Assembly (NCBI RefSeq): GCF_006345805.1 | Contig: NC_042998.1 | Location: 21,638,001-21,702,000 of the forward strand | DNA from: Octopus sinensis | Taxonomy: Eukaryota | Length of the DNA stretch: 64,000 bases | Direction: 5' to 3' | In this document: positions 1-12,927 of the stretch, piece after piece | How positions within the stretch are numbered: position 1 is the first letter of the stretch | Layout: each line of letters opens with the position of its first letter | Position numbers and translations under genes: made by a program | Notes under the pieces: generated by a model | Told to the model about the DNA's origin: nothing | The model's database searches: none | What the model saw: the letters and a program-made list of their open reading frames with translations, nothing else

Positions 1-402
1 TGTTTTGATTTATTAGATTTGAAAAAGGACATATTGTATATTAAAAATTGCATTTGCGTAAGTTTAATTCTTCCATTATAAGTATTGAATAGCTGTTTAT
101 AGCAAAACTAAAAGATTTCATGTTTCAAAACTCTGATGTTGTAGACAAAATATGATGCCAGATCTGGATTCAGAAGGCCAAAATTTGCTAAAAATAATTG
201 ATAAACCTTGTGCCAGAACATATGTGTTGACCAGTGTTATAAAATGCATGTTGATTGGAGCTCTCGCTGTATCTAAACAATAATTCTAAGAGTATTTTAT
301 ATGATTAGACTTAAACATGAGATAAAGCAAAATTGAAAACACTTCATTAAATATGAATCTTCTGAATTTTCTAATGCCTTCTTTCAGTTATGGACAAGAG
401 TA

Positions 403-570
403 CTAATTGTAGTAAACTGTTGTTTGTTGAGTAACTCTTAAAGCTATCAGTACAGTATAAAGGATAACTATAATGGTACCAACAAGAATTGATATTTTGA
501 TAAATTTTCTTGCTTGGTTGTTAGCTTCCATTGCACACGCTGTATCTCCATTTCGGGCCATTGAGTTTGC
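403..570 (-). CDS. CD225/dispanin-family protein, coding exon 3 (GD...A...A motif, C-terminal TM helix, stop)
   Basis: Not in the ORF track. ttctAG acceptor at 572-571; reads ANSMARNGDTACAMEANNQARKFIKISILVGTIIVILYTVLIALRVTQQTTVYYN*, in phase with exon 2. Confidence 0.9.
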   Translation of the reverse strand, partial: ANSMARNGDTACAMEANNQARKFIKISILVGTIIVILYTVLIALRVTQQTTVYYN

Positions 571-817
571 CTAGAATATAAAAAGGAAAACAAGCTAATA
601 AACCTCAAAAGCAGCGAATATATTTTGGTTTCAAATGTTGCGATGGTGAGTAAGTCGATTACATGGGCTCCAGTGCTCAACTGGTAGTTATTTCATCGGC
701 TCCGAAAGGATAATAGGATAATAGGTAAAAATCGATATCTGCAGGTTTTAACTTCGAACATAAAGACGGACGAACGAAATGCTACTAACCACACAGCCAA
801 TATATATATATATATAT

Positions 818-985
818 CTGTCGTAAAAAATTTGAAAAGTTAAACGCGAAACCGGTCTTTCTTCTAAACTATCATTGTAAGGAAAAAAATTTTTTTATAT
901 TCTTCAGACATATTGACGCAATATATATATTTTTTAACCTTTAAGCCTTTTGTAGTTTTTTCACTTTTTACTATTTTCTATATAT
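818..985 (+). mobile_element. Short PLE 3'-end fragment in (TA)n
   Basis: Flanked by (TA)n; contains a hammerhead-like motif followed by a T-rich tail like the other PLE ends. Confidence 0.5.
825..860 (+). ncRNA. Minimal hammerhead ribozyme motif, degenerate (U3/A8 core, CCGG stem III)
   Basis: TTGAAAA-gttaaacgc-GAAA-CCGG-TC-ttt; stem II reduced and stem I imperfect. Confidence 0.55.
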
Positions 986-1271
986 ATATATATATATTAT
1001 ATATATATATATATATTATATATAAACATTTATATATGTTACATATATATGTTTTATTAACATATTTTTATCGTCCTTTAATCGGAGAAATTACCAAAGA
1101 TTTCTAATGTCGTTTCTTCACACTTCACTTTTGAATTTACTTTTTTTAAATTTGTATAACTATGAAAACTTGTATAGAAATAATCGGTATATGGCTTAAA
1201 CTTGTTAAACACACTTCAACAAATTAATTCATATTTATGTAATGGAGGAGATAAGATGTTAGAACGGATTA

Positions 1272-1662
1272 TCTCTATATATATAAAGCTGAAATTGTCT
1301 GTGTGTGGCAGGTTTGGTAGCCGTCAACTAACACTATCTCCTCCGAGACCCTGCGGCGCAAGTTGACCAAAATTGAGAGTATGATAGAAGAAGACTTGCT
1401 CTTCATTCCGTAGAAGAAAAAATTAACACCAAACATGTTAACACCAAAAATTATTTACATCAAAAAGGTGCTTTTATTCTAAGAAAATCCTTATTTTTTA
1501 CGTTTTTTTACTGCTGTGTAGCCATTTTTCGGTGTATTTCAACCAGGAAAATGTTCACTTAAAGAGAATAACAAGCTACATAATGCAAAATTTTTACTTT
1601 TCAAAAATTCCAATTCTAAAGGGTTGAAACAAACCCGAGCAACGCCGGGCGATACTGCTAGT
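1272..1662 (-). mobile_element. Non-autonomous Helentron/Helitron2-like element (HINE-type)
   Basis: 5' ACTAGCAGTATCGCCCGGCGTTGCTCGGG hairpin end, 3' CTTTATATATAGAG end; near-identical to 13038-13425. Confidence 0.6.
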
Positions 1663-1776
1663 AGTTTTAAATTTTCATGTTTTTCATTTTTCATGAAAAA
1701 TAAAAAATCTATAATCCATTTTAACAACTAATCTTCTCCATTACATAAATATGAATGAATTTGTTGATGTGTGTGT

Positions 1777-1782
1777 GGAGAG

Positions 1783-1817
<35 letters not shown>

Positions 1818-1818
1818 C

Positions 1819-1865
<47 letters not shown>

Positions 1866-2288
1866 AGGAAAGAAAGAAGGAAAGAAAGAAGGAAAGAAAG
1901 AAAGACAGAAAGAAAGAAAGAAGGAAGGAAGGAAGAAAAGAAAGAAAGAAGGAAGGAAAGAAAGAAGGAAAGAAAGAAAGAAAGAAAAATAGAAGGAAAG
2001 AAAGAAAGAAAGAAGGAAAGAAAGAAGGAAAGAAAGAAAGACAGAAAGAAAGAAAAAAGGAAAGAAAAAAAGAAAGAAAGAAATAAGGCAGGAAAGACAA
2101 AAAGAATGAAGGAAAGAAAGAAAGAAGGAAGGAAAGAAAGAAAGAAAGAAGGACAGAAAGAAGGAAGGAAAGAAAGAAAGAAAGAAGGAAAGAAAGAAAG
2201 AAGGAAGGAAAGAAAGAAAGAAGGAAGAAAGAAAGAAAGAAAGAAGGAAGGAAGGCAGGAAGGAAAGAAAGAAAGAAAGAAAGAAGGA

Positions 2289-2328
<40 letters not shown>

Positions 2329-2990
2329 AGGAAAGAAAAAAGAAGAAAGAAAGAAGGAAAGAAAGAAAGAAAGAAGAAGGAAGAAAGAAGGAAGGAAAGA
2401 AGAAGAAAGAAGGAAGAAAGAAGAAAGAAAGAAAAAGAGGAAGGAGGCAGGAAGGAAAGAAAGAAAGAAAGAAAGAAGGAAAGAAATAAAGAAGGAAAGA
2501 AAGAAGAAAGAACGAAAGGAAGAAAGAAAGAAAGAAAGAAAGAAGGAAGGAAGCAGAAGGAAAGAAAAAAAGAAAAAGAAGAAAGAAGGAAAGAAAGAAG
2601 AAAGAAAGAAGAAAAAAGAAAGAAGGAATGAAAGAAGAAAGAAGGAAGGAAGAATAAGGAAAAAGAAGAGAAGAAAGAAAGAAGAAGAAGAAAGAAGGAA
2701 GGAAGGAAGGAAAGAAAGAAAGAAAGAAAGAAAGAAGAGAAAAAAGAAGGAAGGAAGGAAAAAAGAAAGAAGAAGAAAAGAAAAAGAAAGAAAGAAAGAA
2801 AGAAAGAGGAAAGAAAGAAAGAAAGAAGAAGAAGAAAGAAAGAAGGAAAGAAAGAAGAAAGAAAGAAGGAAGGAAAGAAAGAAAGAAAGAAAGAAGTTAG
2901 GAAAGAAAGAAAGAAAGAAAGTAAGAAAGAAAGAAAGAGAGAGAAAGAAAGAAAGAAAGAAAGAAAGAAAAAAGAAGGAAAGAAAGCAGG
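1777..2990. repeat. About 1.2-kb (AAAG/AAGG)n homopurine tract
   Basis: Direct reading; explains the K/E/R-rich and S/F/L-rich ORFs. Confidence 0.97.
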
Positions 2991-3372
2991 AAAGGTTGAC
3001 AGCTCACGTTAGGTGTAGTGAACCTCATTCCTCTCCTAAAGCATCGATTCCTCCATCCATCTATCTATCCATAAATCGGTACTAAACACGCGAGAAACAA
3101 TGTCTCCTTCGCGGCAATCTAACACAATAAGTTTGTGACCACAAAATACTTATAGTAGACTTGAACTCCCAAATCTTGGCATCATAGTTTAATACCGAAT
3201 CTCAGTTATTTGCTTTGTAATATAAAAAACTAAGAAATTTATGAAACGCATGACTTTTCAAAGTGAAATACTAGCTTTTTACATAATTTTGGCACTAAAA
3301 GTTGAATATTTATAAGTCAAATTTTTGGATACGCATGGACTTCCTAGCAAGGAATGTCCATATTCTACTTAC

Positions 3373-3486
3373 TTTGTCTGCGTATACTATCGCCACAATG
3401 CCAGTCGGAAGGAAGCAGCACAGGGTGACAAAAATTGCCGCAAACATTTGATTTTTTTGAGGTTCTTGTCTTCCTTGGTTTATCTG
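3373..3486 (-). CDS. CD225/dispanin-family protein, coding exon 2 (CD225 domain, first hydrophobic segment)
   Basis: QINQGRQEPQKNQMFAAIFVTLCCFLPTGIVAIVYADK fits the CD225 pattern (TLCC.LP.GIVA). Polypyrimidine tract plus CAG acceptor (NAGNAG); phase-0 GTAAGT donor at 3372. Confidence 0.92.
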
Positions 3487-3574
3487 CTGAAACAGAAATA
3501 AAGGAATAGATGAATGCAAAAGCATAATTATCTTGGGGTTAATATGATAACAGCGATGATACTGTTACTACTAA

Positions 3575-3596
3575 TACTACTACTACTACTACTATA

Positions 3597-3692
<96 letters not shown>

Positions 3693-3709
3693 AATAATAA
3701 ATAATAATG

Positions 3710-3758
<49 letters not shown>

Positions 3759-3838
3759 TAATAACAATAACAACAACAACAATAATAGCAATAATAATAA
3801 TAATAATGATAATGACAATAATAATAATAATAATGATA

Positions 3839-3903
<65 letters not shown>
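3575..3903. repeat. (TAA)n microsatellite
   Basis: Direct reading; source of the poly-I/N/L ORFs. Confidence 0.97.
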
Positions 3904-3905
<2 letters not shown>

Positions 3906-4272
3906 GAGCACTCAAAGAGCGCAAATCTCCGCCAAGACAACACCAACGTTCTCTCAACGATTAGCCGGAGATGATTTTTAAAATCAGAATATCGGAAATA
4001 AACTCGTCTGCTTTCACAGACGAGAATACTAGAAAATGAACCCTACCACTTTCAAAAATTAAGTTAAAAGACCAGAAAAATAATCCAGAATCCTTGTCCG
4101 GCACCGGATCGATCCCAAAATCTAATCATTTTGTGCCAGTCATAAGGCAAAACAGCCCTGAAAGTTTCAGCCGAATCCATCCAGTTGTTCTTGAGGTATC
4201 TTGCCCACGGACAAACAAACAAGCAAGACTGAACACGATACCCACGCCTTCGCTAAGTCGGAGGTCATAATA
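3901..4272 (+). mobile_element. Probable non-autonomous Helentron/DINE-like element
   Basis: Starts AATAAGAGCACTC...CTCCGCCAAG and ends ...CGGAGGTCATAAT (partial subterminal inverted repeat); sits in TAA repeats. Confidence 0.35.
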
Positions 4273-4289
4273 ATCATTCGTTCTACTAT

Positions 4290-4670
4290 AGGCACAAGGC
4301 CTTAAATTTTGTGGAAGAAGACCAGTCGATTACATCGATCCCAGTACGTGACTGGTACTTAATTTAACGATTCCGAAAGGATGAAAGGCAAAATCGACCA
4401 CTGCAGAATTTGAACTCAGAACGTAGCGACTGGAGAAATACCTATTTCTTATCTACCCACAAGGGGCTAAACACAGAAGCGACAAACAAGGACAGACAAA
4501 CGGATTAAGTTGATTACATCGACCCCAGTGCGTAACTGGTACTTAATTTATCGACCCCGCAAGGATGAAAGGCAAAGTGGACCTCGGCGGAATTTGAACT
4601 CAGAACGTAGCAGCAGACGAAATACCGCTAAACATTTCGCCCGGCGTGCTAACGTGTCTACCAGCTCCCC
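4290..4670 (-). mobile_element. tRNA-derived SINE family A, dimer
   Basis: Two body units with the recurrent gaaatacc|tatttctt junction; homologous to 4959-5185. Confidence 0.85.
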
Positions 4671-4958
4671 ACCAAAAAACCTGGTTTTTCTGCCGACTAT
4701 TTTGGCCATTTCTATTAAACCCTCTTTCCGGCCTCTACTAGTTTCATCACATGTTTGAGTCCAGGTTATATTAATTTCATTGGAAAAGTAAAATCGATTA
4801 ATTTAAGTCTTTTACTTTTCCAGGTGCTCTCATCACTTTGTAGTTAAGAAATTCACTTCAGAACCAGAGGTCTTCAGGTTTTATTCTACTCCACAGCACC
4901 TTGATCTACATGAGATGACACTCTGCCATAGTTTTCAGTTGAAAAATAGCTTGTCCTG

Positions 4959-5185
4959 AAGGCGGCGAGCTGGCAGAAATGTTAGCACGCCGGGCGAAGT
5001 GCGTAGCAGTATTTCGTCTGTCGCTACGTTCTGAGTTCAAATTCCGCCGATGTCGACTTTGCCTTTCATCCTTTCGGGGTCGATAAATTAAGTACCAGTT
5101 ACGCACTGCGGTTGATATAATCGACTTTATCCGTTTGTCTGTCCTTGTTTGTCCCTTCTGTGTTTAGCTCCTTGTGGGTAGTAAA
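4959..5185 (+). mobile_element. tRNA-derived SINE family A, monomer
   Basis: Head AAGGCGGCGAGCTGGCAGAA with B-box-like GAGTTCAAATTCC; at least 10 related copies in the window. Confidence 0.9.
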
Positions 5186-5475
5186 AAAAGGAGAAAAAAA
5201 GAAAAACAGCTTGTCAGTTGAATTTAGTTGGTTGAAACCTGCCATGCGCACGCACAAATGCACACATGCATATGCGCACACATGTACAGGCATAGCATGT
5301 CATATGCTTTTAATATTCTCCTTAGCACGGTAGTTCAGTACAAAATGTCGGCTACTCAATACATAAACATCGATAAAATAAATCGTTTATTTTATGATGG
5401 TATGAATTCTCTTAAAGGTAGTTCGCTTGCATAGTCACACTTGGATGACTGAAACCAGCTAAATATAAGATCTCA

Positions 5476-6061
5476 GAGATGTACTTGCATAGCGAATGAC
5501 CTGATCTGAGATCGAGTGCTGGAACGAAAACAATTGCAGCGTGGAAGGTGTTTATAAGCTATTTAAGAAACACACGTTTAAGAAAATATTTTGGCAAATT
5601 AAGAGTTAGACAATTAGCCGGTGTGTCTAACTCTTGTGTGATATTGGAATTATCTTGTATTAAAAGGTATAGTATTTGAGGCTATGATTATGTTCCGGTG
5701 GCTATCAGAATCATAGTAAGATGACCTATGTGCAAGAAGGAATTGGGCCGTGTACTGCTATGTATGATTTTCATAGTATCCATTGGCACGCATATAATTC
5801 AAACTTATTGTCAGTTGTGGATATTATTTTCAGAATGACTTACTTTATGAGTTACGGAGATGTACTTGCATAGCGAGTGACTTGATCTGAGATCGTGTGC
5901 TGGAACGAAAACAATTGCAGCGTGGAAGGTGTTTATAAGCCATTTAAGAAACACACGTTTAAGAAAATATTTTGACAAATTAAATTTAAATGTTGAAGTG
6001 AATCTAACGGTTTTTGTGTGTTTCTTAAATGGCTTATAAACACCTTCCACGCTGCAATTGT
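5476..6061. repeat. About 125-bp direct repeat (5476-5600 / 5860-5980) plus a 46-bp perfect inverted repeat (5911-5956 / 6016-6061)
   Basis: Direct comparison of the arms. Confidence 0.9.
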
Positions 6062-6135
6062 ATAAGATCTCAATTTTAGGATATATTGGTGTAAAACAGT
6101 AAAAACTGAAATCAAAAGAAAGCATGTTTACTTAC

Positions 6136-6357
6136 AATAATAGTTTGTTGTTGTTGTTGTTGTTGTTGTGGTTGTTGTTGCACTGGAGGGTAACCATATC
6201 CTGGGGTATATCCAGGTTGTGGTGGATATCCCGGTTGTGGTGGATATCCAGGTTGTGGTGGATATCCAGGTTGTGGTGGATATCCAGATGCAGGTGAGAA
6301 TCCAGAGTTTTCATAGTATCCTGGTGGAGTGTCGTTAGATTTCTGAGTGTTTGCCAT
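6136..6357 (-). CDS. CD225/dispanin-family (PRRT1/IFITM-like) membrane protein, coding exon 1 (Pro/Gln-rich N-terminus)
   Basis: MANTQKS...(GYPPQP)x4...QQQQQQQTII. Acceptor ttttacAG at 6361-6360 two nt before the ATG; phase-0 GTAAGT donor at 6135. Confidence 0.9.
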
Positions 6358-6524
6358 CTCTGTAAAAGGAAATTAGATTCCACGTGAGATAATTTTGAAG
6401 TGTACAATCCTCACAAAATTAATTAATCAACAAATTTTAGATGAGTGTAATGTGAATTGAGTGTATTTAGTGACTGATCACTTTACAATTGTGAGATTAT
6501 ATTTTGGTAGAGATACTGAAATAA

Positions 6525-6640
6525 ATGGTCGGCCCGAGGCTATAGTAGACGACACTTGCCTAAGGTGCCACGCAGTGGGATTGAACCCGGAACCATGTGG
6601 TTGGTAAGCAAGCTACTTACCACACAGCCAAGCCTGCCAT
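6525..6640 (-). mobile_element. SINE family B, head only
   Basis: Reverse complement of GGCTGTGTGGTAAGTAGCTTGCTTACCAACCACATGGTTCCGGGTTCAATCCC. Confidence 0.85.
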
Positions 6641-7455
6641 TTTGGGGTTTCCTAATATCTGAGCCAGGTAGCAATCAGCCCCTTCCGCTATTATTCTAGG
6701 GCACCTATGACAACTGGTATTGCTTTAGTCTTCAGGTTCCACATTTTCCTAATTTCTATTTCAAGATCTTTATACTTGCTCAGTTTTTGATAGGGTTTGA
6801 TAGATACGCTTATATCGATTGGGACAGTCATATCAATGAGGAGGCATAATTTTTATCTGAAGTCTTTCGATATGATGTCCTATATCCTATTTGCATCTAT
6901 CTTTCTGTCTATCTATCTTGAATGGTGAAGTTCCAGAGGAGTGAGACGTGATCATTTTCAAGCACTGGAGGTGGTTTGTGTTCCTACTAGTTTTTATCAT
7001 GGGGTAGGTCCACGTTTTTGCATATTACTCAGTGAATATATTGTGCAGCTCAATCATGTCTGCTGAGATACACTGTAGGCGCAAGAAGACTGCACATGAA
7101 GACATGATCAATGGTTTCATTTTGTTGTTGACGTATACGACATGTTGAGAAGCTGCTGTTCTTTAATATGTTGGCCTGGTAGTTTCTTGTAGGTAAGCAT
7201 TGATCTTAGGCTGCTGTGATAAACCCTTCTGTTTCTGATTTTAAGCCAGAAGCCATTAGCCATTGGTGAGTAAGGGCTTTGTCAACATCGCCATTATTAG
7301 TTCTCTTTGGGTATTTGCCATTGAAAGGCTTTTCTTGTCATTTATCCGTAAGAATATCTAAGGCAGCAGTTTTAGTACGGGTTTTCATACGCTTAGCTTT
7401 TTTTCTGCTTGTTTCTAGTACGTCAAATTCTTGAATTTGTATTTGGATTTCACGC
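6640..7455 (-). mobile_element. R4/Dong-type (RLE) non-LTR retrotransposon, decayed 3' fragment
   Basis: Manual translation gives LKSETEGFI.AA, ETIDHV, RHD, LLWNFTIQ, KLSKYKDLEIEIRKMWNLKT.AIPVVIGAL (Zn knuckle plus RLE endonuclease). Confidence 0.8.
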
Positions 7456-7464
7456 TGTTATTAT

Positions 7465-7466
7465 TA

Positions 7467-7497
<31 letters not shown>

Positions 7498-9735
7498 TTT
7501 ATGTATTTATTTATTTATTTATTTGCACAGCTCCAGACGCTGGAGATGTATTACGGTGCCAGATTTTCACAACCAATGAACTAAGGTAACACCCCTTATT
7601 TTTCGAGCACCATTCGGAGTATTCGAGCGGTTCCAAGTAGTGCTGTTTTCTGCAAGTGCACCACCCTTATTGCAGCCCATATTTCTTCCATGTACTTCTC
7701 AAGATTTTTACTCACTGTTCCCAGGGCTCCGACAATTATTGGTACAACTAACAGCTTTTTCAGTGACCAAAACTGCTTAACCTCACAAGCTAACTTGTCG
7801 TATATATCGACTTTCCTTTCTTTCTTATCGCACACCTTATTGCCAGCTGAGCATTTTATATCTATGATCCAGCATAGCTTGCTTTTTTTCTCAATTGACG
7901 CTATGTCTGGTTTTCTATTCTCTATCTCATGGTCGCACTGAATCATAAAATCCCATAGGATCTTTGCATTATCATTTTCGATTATGTCTTCGAGTTTATC
8001 TTCGTACCAATTTTTTTGCTCTGTCTAGTCCATACTTGTTGCAAAGTGTCCAATGGACAATCCTTGCTATATTGTCAAGATGTCTCTTATATTCTTTCCG
8101 GGCTAGTGGCGTAAAGTGACTGGTAATATGCCACACAGTGTCACCATTTTGTCCACAAATTCTGCCCTTATCACTTTCTGTTGTGTTGTCTATTCTGTAT
8201 TTGATGTAATTCGATCTTAATGCTTGCTCTTGGACAACACAGACTACAGCCCCCGTTTCGGATTTTAAATCACTTTTAATTATCCACGGCCATCTTTTTT
8301 CTCTGTCTGTCTTATCTTCAATATCCCTATGAAATTGTCCATGCATTCTTTTCTTTATCTACCTATTTTCAGTTTCATTCATTCTTAAGTGCTTGTACAG
8401 TGCTTTATCTTTGCAATCTTCCATCCTACACAAGCCTAACATTCTTACTTCCAATAATAGTAGTTCTGTGGCATTTTTAAATACAATGCTTTGTTGTTTT
8501 TTCTGCTCTAATGCTGTGTTCGCATCCAATCAGTCCTCTTACCCCTCTTTTCTTTGGTACATACAGTCTGTCTATCTTACGTTTTGGGTGGAGTATCACA
8601 TATCTAGTCAGCAACTTCCTTGTCTTTCTGTCTAAGCTGTTTAGTTCGTCTACTGTCCATGCGATTATCCCTGCTCCATATCTAACTAGTGAAACCACCC
8701 AGGTATTGATAGCATCAATCTTATTCCTTCCGTTTAATTTCAACTTTAAGATCAGTTTCAGTCTGCGGAAGTACTCCACTTTAAATGTTTCTGTCATTTC
8801 TTCCTCCATCAATTTATCCATTTACAATATCCCCAAGTACTTATAACCCGTATTTTCTATCTGCTTCATGACCTCCTCCAACTGTATCGCTAGCCCGTTC
8901 CTACATTTCATGTTGCCTCTCTTCAAGTCTAACACACCACACTTTTTCAGTCAGTACTGATATCAATACTGAACGGATACACCGTATCAACGGCGGAATA
9001 GACTTGGAATTCATCTTTACATAAAGTTTGTAGTCATCCCTGAATAACAAGTGGTTGACTTTTGTTGGCAGTTTTTGAATATATACCTAGACTTTGCTTT
9101 CCTCAGAATCGGCGTTAGTGGTATCATGCACAGTACAAAGATCAGTCGGGATAGGCAGTCCCCTTGGAAGATGCCTCTCCTGATTTCTATTGTCCCTAAA
9201 CTTCTTCCATATTCTGTCAGTTCTGTCCTCCACTTCGCCATACTTTCTCCAAGCAGTCATTCAACATTCGATGCAATACCAAATAGGATCATACATTATA
9301 TAATGTAGGATCATATGATAATGATACGCCTTATGATAATCGATCCAAGACATGGCTAAGTTAATTTTCCTCCTCTTGCAATCTCTGAATACAGTTGTGT
9401 CAACCAGGAATTTATCCCTAGTACCTCTGCACTTACACTTGCAATCCTTCTGCTCATGCATCAGGACTCCATTCTTTTCGGAATGTCCGTATATTGACTC
9501 CGCGATTATTCCAGTCAATAATTTCCACATAAGTGGCAAGCAGCATATCTGTCTGTAATTGTCTACCGTATTGCCTTTTTTCGAAGTTTTTCAGAGCACA
9601 GCAGTGTCCTACTCATTGTCAACCACTATTGGTCTGTTCATGATTGTATATCACTGACTTGATGAAGATAACTAACTTGGAAGATTTTGTAGTCTTGAGG
9701 CAAAACGAACGTAAGGGATTAGTACCTGTACACTC
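7465..9735 (-). mobile_element. R4/Dong-type non-LTR retrotransposon, 5'-truncated, frameshifted (RT plus RLE)
   Basis: ORFs contain WIDYHKAY, RRGIFQGDCLSRLIF, RLYVPKKRGVRGL, RHLDNIARIVHW, NRKPDI...IIDIK and PIIVGALG; 3' (TAAA)n/(TAA)n tail. Confidence 0.9.
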
Positions 9736-9753
9736 ATCTATTATTATTCATTT

Positions 9754-9756
<3 letters not shown>

Positions 9757-9795
<39 letters not shown>

Positions 9796-9798
9796 TAT

Positions 9799-9868
<70 letters not shown>

Positions 9869-9873
9869 CATAT

Positions 9874-9904
<31 letters not shown>

Positions 9905-9963
9905 CATATATATATACATATATACATATATACATATATATATACATATATATATATATATAC
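9757..9963. repeat. (TA)n/(TACA)n microsatellite
   Basis: Direct reading. Confidence 0.95.
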
Positions 9964-10229
9964 ACGGGACGCCGGTTGTCAGACCGATTCGCCGAACATC
10001 TAAGGGATATTCGTCTACGGTCCTTTTCTCCCGTCGCACGTCACTTCCGCTCGGCCAGCCATTCCCCCGGGGACATCTCTGTGTTTGATCTCGCCCCACA
10101 CAACAGTCTTCCACAATCCAGGCTTCACTTGGAGCAACGTTTCATCTTCACTCTACAAACCAATACCCCACACGGACTCAACACAGCCCCCTCCTCTTAG
10201 TGACTGCGCCCCACCTTTTTTCTCCCCCC

Positions 10230-12625
10230 TTTTTTAATCCTTATACAGAAACACACACACACATACTCATGTATCCACGTACACACCCTCCAACACACCT
10301 ACTTCCAACACACCACACACATACAACCTACACGCACCTATACACACACCCACACACACACGCGCACGCACACATGCCCGTGCATCCACACCAACAAACA
10401 ATACTCATACAGATACGCACACCTTTATAAACATCTAGCAGAGACACACACACACATACACGCACGTCACGCGCATGTACATTACGCCCACATAACTCCA
10501 GAGGAAACCCCACGCACACACGCATACATTCAAACACACACCCACACATACATACGTACACAGACATACATACATACATTCACACATTCATTTATACATA
10601 CATACACACACACACAAACATACACATACACACACACATACATACATACACACATATATACACACATACATACATACACACACACACATACACACATACA
10701 CACATACATACATACACATACACACACATACATACATACACACATACATACACGTACATACGCACATACACATATACATACACACATTCACACACACACA
10801 CACATACACACATACATACATACACACACACACATACACACATACACGCATACACACATACATACATACATAGACACACACACAAACATACACATACGCA
10901 CACACATACATACATACATACATACATGCATACATACATACACACATACATACACACATACATACATACATACACACACACATACAAACATACATACATA
11001 CACACACACACATACATACATACACATACATACACACACACATACGCACATACACATATACATACATACACACACACATACATACACACATACATACGTA
11101 TATACATACACACACACACATACACACATACATGCATGCACACATACATACATACATACACGCACACATACACGCATGCACACATACATACATACATACA
11201 CACATACATACATACATACATACATACATACACACACACACTTACACACATACACAAATACATACATACACACATACACACACATACATACATACATACA
11301 TACACACATACATACATACACACACATACACATACACATACACACACACATACATACATACAGACATACATACATACGCACATACACACTCACACATACA
11401 TAGATACATACACACACACATACATACATACACACACACATACACACACATACACATACATACACACACACACATACATACATACATACATACATACATA
11501 CATACATACATACATACATACATACATACATACATACATACATACATACATACATACATACATACATACATACATACATACATACATACATGCATACATA
11601 CATACATGCATACATACATACATACATATGGGGTTGGCTGTATTGCAGGCGTGCCTCAGTGCGTGTGTGTGCCTGTGGATTCACATACACCCACACCAAA
11701 AAAATTTTTTTGCATCAATCTTTCAATTATAAAGTGTGTGCTTGCATACATATATATACACACATATAAACACACATATAAACCCCTACATTTGTACACA
11801 CACGCACATATATACATACATTCACTCCCACGCACGTACACACACACGCACACACACACACATTTACATATATATACAATACACGCACACACACATACAC
11901 ACGTACAAACACACACTAATTCACATACACACCGAGACATATACATACACACAATATATACCTACACGCGCACGCACACATATACATACGTACACACATA
12001 TAAGCACAGACACACACATACATACGCGCACCAAAGCATGCGCACACAAAGCATACGCACGCACACGCGCGAAAAAAACTCACAACCCCACGGATACACG
12101 CATATACATCCATATACGCTTAGACACACACACATACACGCACACACAACTACACGCACATACATACACACACACACACACAAATGAACCCACACATACA
12201 TCCCATACACACGGCACACAACCATACATACACGCACACACATACATACACGCACACAATTATACATACATATATATACACACACACGCACGTACAAGCA
12301 CACACGCACACATACACTAAGTTAAGCACAGTTACTCGCCATACACCCAAACTCCACGCATACACACAAAAATACACACGGACACACACACATACTGCAA
12401 AGAAAACACACACACGATTCATATACATACACACACACACATATACCTCTTTGTTTTTGACCTACGATTGGACCCACAACACCAAACCTTAATTCTTACT
12501 ACTAGCCTGCTACCCAGTTGTTCGCCATACACACACACACGCGCGCGCGCACACACACACACACGCACACACACACACACGCACACACACACACACACAC
12601 ACGCACACACACGCACACACACGTG
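10230..12625. repeat. About 2.4-kb compound (CA)/(TACA)n array
   Basis: Direct reading; source of the HTYI/MCVCV ORFs. Confidence 0.95.
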
Positions 12626-12794
12626 TCATCATCGCACATTTTCTTTACCATACTGTCTTTGATATACCTCTCCTGATTTTTAAAAACATTATTCTTCTAC
12701 TTTTACCACTTCCGTCTTTTAGTATGTCACCTCGTCTGTATCACTAGCGATTTTTTCCCCTGTCTTCCCTCCTCGGGATCTTTTCTTCTCCTAT

Positions 12795-12829
12795 GTTTCC
12801 GACGAAGAGCTCCGCTCGACACGTCAAAC
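12795..12829 (+). ncRNA. Minimal type I hammerhead motif (C4 core variant, A14C)
   Basis: GTTT-CCGACGA-A-GAGC-tcc-GCTC-GACA-CG-TC-AAAC; stems I and II pair perfectly. Confidence 0.75.
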
Positions 12830-12927
12830 CCTCTTTCTTCCCTTCTTTCCTGAGCGTCCAATAATACTTTATTTGTTCCACGTCCTTGCGTTGTTGATTT
12901 TTTGTTTTTGTTCTCTTGTTTGGATTA

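Noticed and set aside
1741-2489. Long K/E/R-rich and S/F/L-rich ORFs
   Set aside because: Translations of the (AAAG)n tract.
3245-3270. Minus-strand TTGAAAAGTCA resembling a U3/A8 core
   Set aside because: The second half of stem II and the GAAA are absent.
10328-12662. Many 100-350 aa HTYI/MCVCV ORFs (also at 33-35 kb, 39.5-46.8 kb and 56.7-61.2 kb)
   Set aside because: Stop-free microsatellite frames with no domain content or splice support.
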